From: a virus
Lineage: Duplodnaviria; Caudoviricetes
Direction: 5' to 3' (one strand)
IMG/VR virus record: IMGVR_UViG_3300037467_000443
Coordinates: 1 to 34,926 of that record
Length of the DNA stretch: 34,926 nucleotides
Part shown: positions 26,012 through 34,926 of the stretch, one piece after another
Position numbering within the stretch: the stretch's first letter is position 1
How the letters are laid out: every line of letters begins with the position of its first letter
The notes under the pieces: generated by a model
What the model saw: the letters and a program-made list of their open reading frames with translations, nothing else
Database searches by the model: none
What the model was told of the DNA's origin: nothing
Translations under genes and position numbers: made by a program

Positions 26012-26125
26012 ATGACAGACCACCAAATCGTTCAACTGGTAGCCGCCGCTGCGGTGATCTTCGCCACATACCCGTTCATGCGGCTCTTGTGGGCCGTAAT
26101 CACCCACAAGCGCACTCGGGATTAG
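26012..26125 (+). CDS. Small single-TM peptide (37 aa)
   Basis: Read by hand: GAGGA RBS, MTDHQIVQLVAAAAVIFATYPFMRLLWAVITHKRTRD. Confidence 0.5.
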   Translation: MTDHQIVQLVAAAAVIFATYPFMRLLWAVITHKRTRD

Positions 26126-27849
26126 TGATCGTTGGCCGATTGACCGGCCAACATGGCGTTTATCAGTTCTTGCCTTGCTGAAAATCCCTTACCGGCATTT
26201 AGCAACTGGTTTCCAAGATATGCCTGACCAATTTTGGTCGTTGCCGCTCTTGGTGCCAGCGCCAGTAAGCCCAATGCAGCGGTAGCAGGATGTCCGGTCA
26301 GAAGAGCCGCACCACCGCCGCCACCTAGAGCCGCCATCAAGTCTGTAGCAGCGCCACGGGCACCAGCACGAACGGCAGTGCCCGAGTCCGGCAAGTCTCG
26401 CAAGGTGGCTTCCCCTGCCCTTGCCAAGTCGGCAAAATCACCCTGACCACGGACATAGTTCCGTGCACCTTGCACCTGTGTCGTGGCATTGCGCAAAGCC
26501 TGTGGTGAGATGAGACCCTTAGCGGTTTCAGCGCCAGAGCCGGCAACCGCCTTTTCCAATACCAGATAGTTTCTGTAGTCCTTACGTGCTGATTGCCACG
26601 CTCCCACGTCATCCGGGTTTACGGCGGCAATATTTCGTTCCATCGCATCATCCAACGATGACATGATGCCCTGCAAAGCGTCACGCTGTTCCCCTGATGC
26701 CTTGGAAGCCTTCGCAGACAATTCCGAACGAAGTTCTTTGTATGCATCACCGGTCATTATTTTTTTGCCGTTGATATCCTTGACCGTGTTTTTGATAATG
26801 GCCGCCTGCATGGAAGGTCCAGTGTCGTTCTGATAATTTTTTAGAACGTCTTGCAAATCGCTCTTCAATGACGGATCAACCGGCATGTCATATTTGCTCG
26901 CAAGATCGTTGAACTTTTGTCCGATGTTCGTAAGGGCTTGGTCCATCACTTCCGGAGTCGCACGATCTGCGGTCACGCCAATCTTTTGCAAAGCAGCCGA
27001 TGTGAATGACTCTTTGGTTGGTGTGTAGAATTCGGAACCGCCAAGCTCGCTTTCAAGCGCTTTCAAAAGCTTGTTGCCTGTCTTCTGACCAGCGGTAAGC
27101 GAAACGCCTGCATCAGCCAAAGCACCTGTCTGCGCCTTCAACGCATCCGATGCCGGAAGCGGTGTGATACCACGTTCGATAGCTCCCGGAATTTGGTGAC
27201 CAGCTATGGCACCAGCGAAGCGGGCATAGGGTTCTAGTGCCGTTCCCTCTGTGGCCTGTCCTGCCGCCTCACTGGTTACGGCAGGCGCTAGAACGTCCTT
27301 CGCCACGTCCTTACCAAGGGCCTTCAAGAGTATCTTGGCACCGGATTCACCGGCCTTCACCGCTCCCGCCGCTTCACCACCGAACAACGAAGGTAAAAAT
27401 TCGCCTACCGTTTCACTGTATTTTCCAGCGGTTGTTTGCGGCGTGTAAAATTTTCCCGTAACGTTGTCTTCAATCTTCCCCTGAATGTCGGAAGAAGTTG
27501 GCAGTTGTGCACCATCCGCACTAAGGGCACCTCTAGCGATGTTTCCAACCGTTCCGTTTGGGTCAAAACCCATGCTGGTTACAGCGTTGTTGATTGTTTC
27601 GTTTGAAGGTAGGTATGGCTTTACAAAGCTTTCCAAATCGCCGCCAAGGCCAGCAATACCAATAGTTCCCTTCGCTGCACCAACGCCAAGTGACTTAGCC
27701 ATATCACCGGCTGTTGACGACGGTTGAAAGTTTCTCACATCGTCAAGGCTCACACCCTCTGATGCAATGTACTGGTCTATGTCGGACTCTGGCGCATTCT
27801 GGTCCACCATCTTCCGAACATTGTTCTTTATTCTTAATAGATCGGCCAT
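26122..27849 (-). CDS. DNA ejection/internal virion protein
   Basis: 575 aa Ala/Gly-rich helical protein with LTAGQKTG and LPDSGTA.R motifs; last gene of the ejection cluster. Confidence 0.75.
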   Translation of the reverse strand: MADLLRIKNNVRKMVDQNAPESDIDQYIASEGVSLDDVRNFQPSSTAGDMAKSLGVGAAKGTIGIAGLGGDLESFVKPYLPSNETINNAVTSMGFDPNGTVGNIARGALSADGAQLPTSSDIQGKIEDNVTGKFYTPQTTAGKYSETVGEFLPSLFGGEAAGAVKAGESGAKILLKALGKDVAKDVLAPAVTSEAAGQATEGTALEPYARFAGAIAGHQIPGAIERGITPLPASDALKAQTGALADAGVSLTAGQKTGNKLLKALESELGGSEFYTPTKESFTSAALQKIGVTADRATPEVMDQALTNIGQKFNDLASKYDMPVDPSLKSDLQDVLKNYQNDTGPSMQAAIIKNTVKDINGKKIMTGDAYKELRSELSAKASKASGEQRDALQGIMSSLDDAMERNIAAVNPDDVGAWQSARKDYRNYLVLEKAVAGSGAETAKGLISPQALRNATTQVQGARNYVRGQGDFADLARAGEATLRDLPDSGTAVRAGARGAATDLMAALGGGGGAALLTGHPATAALGLLALAPRAATTKIGQAYLGNQLLNAGKGFSARQELINAMLAGQSANDH

Positions 27850-29084
27850 TAATCGAGTCCGTACTTGCTTTTAAGGTTTGTGTTTGGTGTAGCTGGTGGC
27901 GCTCCCGGCACAACTGGTGCCGGCGATGTAGGCGCTGGCGTTCCGGTAGAAGCGGCGTCTGCCGCTTGCTGTTCCTTGTAAGCCCGAAATTTGTTTTCAA
28001 CTTCATCCGCCGCCCCTTGGGCATTACCCAATGAATGGCGGATAGCATCCATGGTAACCTGTCTGAGTTTTTCTTTTTGTGCGATTGTTTTTGGATCATC
28101 GCCGGGCATAGGCATGTACACGGACCAGTACTTATCATACTCGTCTTTGTTGATGACAGCGCCCGAGTCTCTGCGAAGGATTACCGTATTGATCCACGCA
28201 TCGGCGGCTTGTTTCGCCTGTCTGTAGTCGTCTGATACCCCGTAGTTTCCGATAACAGGAATGCCGCCAACCGCATAGTACTTCGGATTCAGCAATTCGG
28301 TTTGTTTGGAGTTGATAGAGTCGTTTGAATACAAACCACGTTCGTAGAAACTGAGGTCTTTTGCCTGTCCTTCATTCAGCTTTTGGTTAGTTCCCTCGCC
28401 ACCAACATTAACTGTTGTTCCACCGGCCTTCCCGATCTTCGCAAAATCTTCAAGAGAACCGGCATAACCGTTCGCTTTCGCCTTCTGATAGTCGGAATTC
28501 AGTTGGTCATAATCGGAAGGTGTCTGAACTGTAATCTTCCATGTGCCGTCCGGCTGTTGTGTATAGAGATTGCCGCCGATGATTTTAGTTTCTGGCTTCG
28601 AACCATCATAGAGAAGTTGCGAGTTGTGGTTTACGTCAATCGCCTTGTCACCAATGATCCTGATATCAGGCTTAGCCGCCGCTGCCTTCGCCTCCCTATC
28701 TTTCTCGAATTGGCTCTTAAGCGCATTGAATGTGTCATCGTCGGCAGCAAGTGCACCGGCACGTTCAGGCGATACGTTGTTGTCAATCAGGAATTGTTTT
28801 CTAGCCTCCAATGCAGAAGCTCTATTTTGTGCAGCGGTTTGCGCCGCTTGGTCCTGTGCAGCCTGTTCCTTGGTCATAGCACGGGTAGCAAAGAAATTCT
28901 TCGCCATATCCTGCAAACCAGCGCCAATCCCGCCAGAATCCCTTTGAAGCGGAACAGCGCCAGCGGTGGAGAAACCACCGCCACCAGTAGCACCGGCTAC
29001 ACCGGGACTCTGTAGAACTTCAAACAATGTCTTGCGTGGGCTAGGAGCTTCAACACGGGTGTCATACATTGGGTATTGTGGCAA
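27849..29084 (-). CDS. DNA ejection/internal virion protein
   Basis: 411 aa; LRRDSGAVI...Y.PMPGDD...IAQK motif. Confidence 0.7.
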   Translation of the reverse strand: MPQYPMYDTRVEAPSPRKTLFEVLQSPGVAGATGGGGFSTAGAVPLQRDSGGIGAGLQDMAKNFFATRAMTKEQAAQDQAAQTAAQNRASALEARKQFLIDNNVSPERAGALAADDDTFNALKSQFEKDREAKAAAAKPDIRIIGDKAIDVNHNSQLLYDGSKPETKIIGGNLYTQQPDGTWKITVQTPSDYDQLNSDYQKAKANGYAGSLEDFAKIGKAGGTTVNVGGEGTNQKLNEGQAKDLSFYERGLYSNDSINSKQTELLNPKYYAVGGIPVIGNYGVSDDYRQAKQAADAWINTVILRRDSGAVINKDEYDKYWSVYMPMPGDDPKTIAQKEKLRQVTMDAIRHSLGNAQGAADEVENKFRAYKEQQAADAASTGTPAPTSPAPVVPGAPPATPNTNLKSKYGLD

Positions 29085-29114
29085 TCAAAAGTCCTCGAAA
29101 ATGAATCGTTGTAT

Positions 29115-29333
29115 TTATGGTTTGAAGATTCCGGATAAAAACAGCTTGATCGAGTCCCAAAACGTGAACAAAGTGAGGAATCCGCCGATTGCAACTAACA
29201 ACACGTTCCGGATGTATTGACCTAGCCAGCCAAGCGCTTCCTGTTTGCGGATCATCTCCCGCATTATCTCGTAATCTTTACGTGGCAACTTTACGTCAAT
29301 GATTTCATCTTCTTTTGATGATGGTTCGGTCAT
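29115..29333 (-). CDS. Small membrane protein (holin-like)
   Basis: 72 aa with one C-terminal TM segment, next to the muralytic gene. Confidence 0.4.
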   Translation of the reverse strand: MTEPSSKEDEIIDVKLPRKDYEIMREMIRKQEALGWLGQYIRNVLLVAIGGFLTLFTFWDSIKLFLSGIFKP

Positions 29334-30595
29334 TATGAATTCCCCATTAGGGCCTTCAACAAAGCCGCATATTGTGTGTTCTTGCCGCCGCCCGGTGCCA
29401 TCGGATTGCCTTCTGATGCCAGAGGCGAAACCGGCATTGCCATGGTCTGTTCTGGTGGCTTTGGAAGCCCAACGGTATCCATCTGCGGAAATGCCTTTTC
29501 CAGCGCATTGGTGATGTTTCCAATTCGCTTGGCGTTCGCATCATGCTTGGCCTGTGCAATCTGTTCTGGTGTCTGTGTGGGCTGGCTAGGCGTAGCGCTA
29601 TTGTCGGCTACTGCTGTGCTGGTTCCGGAACCGGTAGCCGTACCATTGTAGAAGCCCTGTGCCAGCGCCAAACGTCTTGCCTGTTCAGCGTCACCATTGC
29701 CGTAGCGCTCATACTGGCGCATGGCCGCATTGGCTGAATCCAAGTCAGAGGCAGAGCGCAACGCATTGCCAGCCGTGCCTTCCGTGGTGTTCAGTTCGTG
29801 ACCAAGGTAGCCAACTTGGGCTTCAATGGAACTCGGGTCCAATCCGTTTGCCTGTGCGTATGCCCGCAAAGCGTCCTGTCTTGGTCCGTTCCACTGGTTT
29901 AGGCCAAATGAGCGTTCACCATTGTTGTTGGTAGCCAGCGGATTGAAGTTCGATTCCGCCTTCATGGAAGCCAAGATTGCTGCCTTGGCGTATGGGTTCC
30001 ATCCTTGCTGGTCGAGCAAAGCGGATATGCGGCTTGGCGCATCGGAACCCGTTCCTGTGGCCGTGGGAGCCGCTACAGAGGCGTTTGAGGCAACGGCGGT
30101 GCCGGACACCGGAGCGCTGTTGTTAATGCCCCATTGCTTCGCCCATTCAGGGGAAAGGCCATTGTCCAAATTGCCGGCCAAGGTTGGTCCGACTGTTTGC
30201 CCGGCTAGGTCAAAATGCATCAAATCCATTGGCTTCGCAGAACCGCCTTTCCCGAGCGGTCCCGAGAAGTAGCCGCCCCAACGAAGGTCTTTGTTCAATT
30301 CAGGATATGCCTGTGATTGAACGCTGCGAACGTGGTTTGCAAAATTTTGATAGACCGAAAAATTTTTGGAATCCTGATAATTCGGAATCGGATTTCCGTC
30401 TTTGTCGAATAGCTGAATGTCTACAGCGTTACCCTTGCCGTGCTGGCGGGGATCGCCTTCACGCTTACCCGATGTAACCATGACTCGGGAAATGTTGGGA
30501 TCATTGTAGGAAGCAGCGGCTAAACTCATGAGTTTAGCCAATTCCGGATTCACACCGTCAAGGCTGATGCCGTCTCTAAAACCAAATTGGGCCAT
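29333..30595 (-). CDS. Virion-associated peptidoglycan hydrolase: M15-type peptidase plus phage tail-type lysozyme
   Basis: TSGKR..QHGKGNAVD..LRWGG..D.MHFDL (M15) and AESNFNP..FGLNQW..R...AQ..Y..HEL (lysozyme). Confidence 0.8.
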   Translation of the reverse strand: MAQFGFRDGISLDGVNPELAKLMSLAAASYNDPNISRVMVTSGKREGDPRQHGKGNAVDIQLFDKDGNPIPNYQDSKNFSVYQNFANHVRSVQSQAYPELNKDLRWGGYFSGPLGKGGSAKPMDLMHFDLAGQTVGPTLAGNLDNGLSPEWAKQWGINNSAPVSGTAVASNASVAAPTATGTGSDAPSRISALLDQQGWNPYAKAAILASMKAESNFNPLATNNNGERSFGLNQWNGPRQDALRAYAQANGLDPSSIEAQVGYLGHELNTTEGTAGNALRSASDLDSANAAMRQYERYGNGDAEQARRLALAQGFYNGTATGSGTSTAVADNSATPSQPTQTPEQIAQAKHDANAKRIGNITNALEKAFPQMDTVGLPKPPEQTMAMPVSPLASEGNPMAPGGGKNTQYAALLKALMGNS

Positions 30596-30598
30596 GGC

Positions 30599-31756
30599 TT
30601 ACCCCGCATTTGGTCTAAAGAACATCAGCCCTTTTGACTTGGGCTGTTCATTATCGTTCGAACTATCCTTGGGTTTGTCGGAACTTTTCGGCTTCAAATC
30701 CTTGGTTCGTTCATTCAACGCCTGAATAGCTGCCATCATGTTGCCGTTGATGGAGTCACGATCAATCGTCACACCATCGCCACCAAACTGTTTGGCCCAA
30801 TCTTCGGCCATAGGTCCAGTGCGTCTTTCAGGAACATCCGAAAGAGCCTGAACCAAGTCCTTATAGCGGTAGTCCTTGATTGGGAGCTTATCCATCTTCG
30901 AAAGAACCTGTTCACCCGAGACGGCGTGAAAGTCTTCCTTGAAGTTCTTGGATGATTTCAGACCACCAAAGACGGAACCAACCGCACCCAACATACCGGC
31001 TGCACCAGAGTTGGAAGCATTGGACGCATTAACGGAAGCATTGTAGGCATTCCACACGTTACCAGCCACGTCCGTATTGGAAATGCTAGATGGAACCTGT
31101 GTGGCAAATCCCGGCTGTTGAACCGCTGGCGTTGCACCTTCCAATGAATTCAGTTCTTGGAATGGAAGTTCACGAAGTTGCAAGGCGTTCGATAGAAGGC
31201 GCTGATACTCGTTACCAGCGGCCAAATCGGCATCTTGTGAAAGACCGGTTAGGGTCTGGTCATGCGCTTGCTGGTAACGATTCATTTCCTTGTTCCAAAT
31301 GTCGGAACCTATCGGAATGCCACGGTTCGAAAGAGATGCAGCAAGCTTGTCTTGCGCATCATCGAACGATGGCTGCAAAAGCCCAAGCTGGCGACTGAAC
31401 ATCGTCTTGGAAATGGATGACGTGTCACCGATTGATGACGGGTCAAACGTTCCGGTTGGCAGATTGGCCAACTGCGCCTGTGTCTTGTCAGCTAGGTTGT
31501 TTGAAAGCCCTAGCTGCTTGTTTACGAAGTCCAGAACTTCCGGTGAGAAGTTTAGAGTCTGCCCGGTTGGAACTAATTCCTTTTGGCCCACGTTGCGAGG
31601 GTCATTAGGATCATAGTTCCAAGTTGTAGAACCAAAAGGCGAATAGAGATTCTGCGCATTTAGCTGCGCATTGGCTCTAGCAGTTGCAATGTTCTGTGTG
31701 GTCTGCGCATCACTTACTTTATAAGGGTCTGGTGGGGCTGGTGCTGATGAACCCAT
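30599..31756 (-). CDS. Ejection/pilot protein with C-terminal S74 auto-cleaving chaperone domain
   Basis: MGSSAPAPPDP start; SSKNFKED...YRYK...GPMAED...AAIQAL. Confidence 0.7.
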   Translation of the reverse strand: MGSSAPAPPDPYKVSDAQTTQNIATARANAQLNAQNLYSPFGSTTWNYDPNDPRNVGQKELVPTGQTLNFSPEVLDFVNKQLGLSNNLADKTQAQLANLPTGTFDPSSIGDTSSISKTMFSRQLGLLQPSFDDAQDKLAASLSNRGIPIGSDIWNKEMNRYQQAHDQTLTGLSQDADLAAGNEYQRLLSNALQLRELPFQELNSLEGATPAVQQPGFATQVPSSISNTDVAGNVWNAYNASVNASNASNSGAAGMLGAVGSVFGGLKSSKNFKEDFHAVSGEQVLSKMDKLPIKDYRYKDLVQALSDVPERRTGPMAEDWAKQFGGDGVTIDRDSINGNMMAAIQALNERTKDLKPKSSDKPKDSSNDNEQPKSKGLMFFRPNAG

Positions 31757-31785
31757 ATTGGTTCTAAACCTCTCGTTCTAAATTC

Positions 31786-32286
31786 CTAATTCAAATTTCT
31801 ATTCAACACTGGACGGAACAAAAATTCGCCGGTATCCCCGTTGGCAATTCTGCCTCTGAGGGTCCAATAGTTGATACCTGAAATTTCGGACGCCTCCATT
31901 AGCGGCATCGTCCTTCCTTGGTATTCAACCATCAGCGTGTTTCTTTTGTTTCTCGCCTGTTCCTTCGCAGTTGCCCAACGGCAATTGTCGGGCTCATAAT
32001 TTCCATTACTATCTATTCTATCGATGGTTCCACCGGCTGGACGTGGCCCCATGTCTTGTTTGAAGTTCTCATAGCCATCTGGACCTAGCCAGCGCTCACA
32101 AACTGTAATTCCACGGGCACCGTACCATTTGTATGAAGGAAAGTTCTCGTTCGTGCATCTGCTAATGAGATTATTCCAGCGGAACTTTTCTATTCTTTTT
32201 TCACGGTTCTTAAGGTGCCATGCTCTTTGATATTCTGCGTTCAAAATTCTTATTACTCCTAAATGAATTTTCATCAAAGGGATCAA
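31786..32286 (-). CDS. HNH homing endonuclease
   Basis: YGARGITVCERW...DMGPRP...TIDRIDSNGNYEPDNCRWAT..EQ.RN. Confidence 0.9.
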   Translation of the reverse strand: MIPLMKIHLGVIRILNAEYQRAWHLKNREKRIEKFRWNNLISRCTNENFPSYKWYGARGITVCERWLGPDGYENFKQDMGPRPAGGTIDRIDSNGNYEPDNCRWATAKEQARNKRNTLMVEYQGRTMPLMEASEISGINYWTLRGRIANGDTGEFLFRPVLNRNLN

Positions 32287-32331
32287 TTATTTGACCCTTT
32301 AATGTATTTATCCATTTAGAGTTTTTACCGA

Positions 32332-32811
32332 TTATGCCGCCTTCTCTAACGCCTTCTTCGCTTTCTCAAACTCTCTTTCTAAAACTTTGCATTCCGTTCT
32401 AAGCATGGAGTACGTCAAGCAATCTTGGTTCAGCCCATACCGGTCACGCAAAGTGCCTTCTTTCACGAACCCATATTTTTCTATGATCTTGATAGAGCGG
32501 TGATTGTCCTGATGAACACCCACAACAAGCCGGTGGCAGTTGAAGTGTACAAAGGCCAGCCACATGGCAGTTCGAATTGACCGAAGCGTCAGACCGTGAC
32601 CGGGTAGAACCGCAATGCTCATTTCAATTTCGTTGTGGTTCAGCCATAGCTCTTTCCAGCCGGTGAACACACAAGCAGCAACAATCTTGCCATCCTGCTT
32701 TAAAGCGAACGACTCGTTGTAGCCTTCAAGGCGAAGTGGAAATTCCTGAAACTGAGAAAATAAAAATTTTTCAATTTCCCGCTTAGGCTCAAAAATAATT
32801 TCGGATGTCAA
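32332..32811 (-). CDS. GNAT acetyltransferase (virion-module type)
   Basis: N.RSIKIIEKYGFVKEGTLR motif; lies between the nozzle and ejection genes. Confidence 0.85.
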   Translation of the reverse strand: MTSEIIFEPKREIEKFLFSQFQEFPLRLEGYNESFALKQDGKIVAACVFTGWKELWLNHNEIEMSIAVLPGHGLTLRSIRTAMWLAFVHFNCHRLVVGVHQDNHRSIKIIEKYGFVKEGTLRDRYGLNQDCLTYSMLRTECKVLEREFEKAKKALEKAA

Positions 32812-32814
32812 TTT

Positions 32815-34338
32815 TTAGAACACCCCTGCCGGTACAGCCATGATCTGGCTGGACTCCCATCTGGCGTTGTCGGCAGTCGAGAACAGGCGAACCACGGGAG
32901 CTACCGCTACACCGTACTGTGTCAGCGGCTTCCACGTTCTCACGGTCTTAGGTGTGGAACTCCATGAAGAACTCCATGCAGAGCCCCATGGAGTGCTACC
33001 AGTGCCATTGATTACCGTGGCCACTGGTGCGCTGATTGGGGACTCGTTGAAGTCCGTATCAACCTGAAACTGACCCTGAACAGTGCCATCAGCGATGATA
33101 ACCGGCTTCATCATCGTGAACTTTTTGGACACGTTCGGGTTCACCGGGTAGCTGTAGCCTTGTCTGGCTGTCGCCACGATCTGTGCACCATTGTCCGTTC
33201 CGCCTTGGTGGAGATAGACGTTTAAGCCGTTGTACTGGCTAAAGTAGATGCTTGTTCCGGTACTGGCGAATTGGGCCGCTGGTAGACCGTCGTATGTGGT
33301 CCAAGCCTGTGAATTGGTATTGAACACGTATTGCTTGGTTTTGGCCGTTCCGGTGACGATGTTAAAATAGGCAATGCCGTTGTGATATGTTGCTGACCAA
33401 CCATCATTTGAACCAAAGTTCGCCCAATCGGCTTGCCATGAAGATGAAATTTTTCCCCATGGCCCGAGCGCAATAGGATCATTGGCAACACCCTGCCAAA
33501 CGAACGTCATCGGGATTGGTCCCGCTTGCGTCATGATGACAAGCAGACCACCGATTTTAAGGGTGCATGAATATGACGTGTTGATTGGCGGTGGAGCTAG
33601 GAACTTACCTATCACGTTGAAGTCTTCCGTAGGGTCACCGGCATAAACAATGACTTCGCCTGTATCCATAACGAACACATGCGCATCCGTTGGACCATCA
33701 CCACCGAACCCGGCAACGGACCATGAGCCGATACCAACGCATTTGCCGCCAGATGAAACTTGCGACAAATCCCATTCAAACATCGGTCCAGTGATAGCGT
33801 TGCGATCACCAAAATAAACTTTGGCTGAGTTGTTCACAGTAAACCAAATGCGGTTCTGTACCAGCGCAACCTTGCTAAGGTTCGTGACGGTCAAACCGGG
33901 ATAGGTGAACCCTGCCGCATTGAATGTGGTTCCATTCCATTTCCATGGCGTATCAACGCCATTCGCACCGATGATGAACCCTTCATAGTTTACGGTACTC
34001 CAACGGTTCTTAGTGATAGTCGTGGTGGAAATCTGGGTTGCGGTGTTCGACGTAACGTCAAGAACCCGATTGTTCGCCGCCGCCAGTAGGCTTCTACCGG
34101 TTGGCGTATTGTAGACGAATAACGCTTCCGTTGCGTGGCCAGTAGACGTGTGAAGCTGGTAGCCGGGTCTTACCTTGCATGTTCCGCCGTCCGGTAAAAA
34201 ATTCTGCAAAACCGTGGCTTCGTCCGCACGACGAACATTGTGGGAATCTCTCGTATTCAGCCCTTGGAAGGGAGCCGGAACAGAGAACATCTGTCCGGTT
34301 CCCTGAATTGATTCTTGCGGAATTTTTCTGTTGGCCAA
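32815..34338 (-). CDS. Tail nozzle/DNA stabilisation protein
   Basis: 507 aa beta-propeller-like protein (VPAPFQGLNTRD, GEVIVYAG.P) after the adaptor. Confidence 0.8.
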   Translation of the reverse strand: MANRKIPQESIQGTGQMFSVPAPFQGLNTRDSHNVRRADEATVLQNFLPDGGTCKVRPGYQLHTSTGHATEALFVYNTPTGRSLLAAANNRVLDVTSNTATQISTTTITKNRWSTVNYEGFIIGANGVDTPWKWNGTTFNAAGFTYPGLTVTNLSKVALVQNRIWFTVNNSAKVYFGDRNAITGPMFEWDLSQVSSGGKCVGIGSWSVAGFGGDGPTDAHVFVMDTGEVIVYAGDPTEDFNVIGKFLAPPPINTSYSCTLKIGGLLVIMTQAGPIPMTFVWQGVANDPIALGPWGKISSSWQADWANFGSNDGWSATYHNGIAYFNIVTGTAKTKQYVFNTNSQAWTTYDGLPAAQFASTGTSIYFSQYNGLNVYLHQGGTDNGAQIVATARQGYSYPVNPNVSKKFTMMKPVIIADGTVQGQFQVDTDFNESPISAPVATVINGTGSTPWGSAWSSSWSSTPKTVRTWKPLTQYGVAVAPVVRLFSTADNARWESSQIMAVPAGVF

Positions 34339-34346
34339 TGCTTCTG

Positions 34347-34926
34347 TTATTCCCTAATTCCAAGTGGCCCCGGAATTGTGCAGGACGCATCGGAAAACAA
34401 TGAAGGTTTGTATCTGGATGAAAAATCAATCATCGGCTTTGGACGGTCCACACCCTGTAGGGCATCGATAGCGGCCAAATAGTCTGCCTTGTATTCAGCG
34501 CTTGGTTCCCCGAGACGGTATGCCAAGCGGTACTTCACGCCACGGATAACCAAATCGCCGTCCAGACGGCAAACATCAGAATCTAGTGTGAAGTCATCTT
34601 TTGGGGAACCATCAGCCGCCGTAGCAAATGCATTGCTGAGATAGCTGAACGAAATGGTTGTTACCGAAGTGGGGATTGGGAACAGCTTTAGTTGGTTCCC
34701 CTCCACCACAAAACGATATTGGATACCGCCGATGCTGTACCCTGATTGAAGGGTTTGCCAGTCAATGGAACTGACAACATCCATGGGGATATGTGACCCT
34801 GCATCCCAAAATGTCAGCGCTACGGGAGCCCGGAAATCCGAAGGCAAATCGTAAGCGTATTGACCAATCACCGTGCTGAACGTGTAAGTGCCCTGTAGGG
34901 CCTGCCACGAATAATCACGGATAAGC
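34347..34926 (-). CDS. Head-to-tail adaptor, 3' part (continues from 261 across the origin)
   Basis: YDLPSDF, LKLFPIP and FTLDSD motifs; in frame with 1-261. Confidence 0.75.
   Translation of the reverse strand, partial: LIRDYSWQALQGTYTFSTVIGQYAYDLPSDFRAPVALTFWDAGSHIPMDVVSSIDWQTLQSGYSIGGIQYRFVVEGNQLKLFPIPTSVTTISFSYLSNAFATAADGSPKDDFTLDSDVCRLDGDLVIRGVKYRLAYRLGEPSAEYKADYLAAIDALQGVDRPKPMIDFSSRYKPSLFSDASCTIPGPLGIRE
34800..34926. repeat. Terminal direct repeat identical to 1-127
   Basis: Exact 127 bp match. Confidence 0.97.

Noticed and set aside
1067-34338. Alternative genetic code
   Set aside because: Core genes are full length under the standard code, and all three stop codons are used.

Overview
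This window is a complete circular phage genome of about 34.8 kb. Bases 1-127 equal bases 34800-34926, an assembly overlap, so the unit length is 34,799 bp. It is a podovirus-like, probably alphaproteobacterial (Rhizobiales-type) temperate element. The minus strand carries a full virion module: TerS, TerL, portal, scaffold, capsid, adaptor, nozzle, GNAT, ejection proteins, fibres and an RcGTA-like head spike. It also carries a large serine integrase with an intact attP-like site, a small resolvase with a res-like site and an H-NS-like zinc-finger protein. The plus strand carries a block of small genes, including homing-endonuclease-like genes and an Acb2/Tad1-like domain. I could not recognise any replication gene, CI-type repressor, sigma factor/RNA polymerase, free endolysin or spanin. 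Nearly every late transcription unit is preceded by a TAAATA box like the T4 gp55 late promoter. My main hypothesis is therefore a virion-autonomous, integrative satellite switched on by a T4-like helper phage. Other oddities are three long, strand-specific hairpin arrays (candidate structured RNAs), heavy TTG/ATC start-codon use, and a tail-fibre segment copied into an early gene. All family assignments come from motifs recognised by eye; no searches were run.
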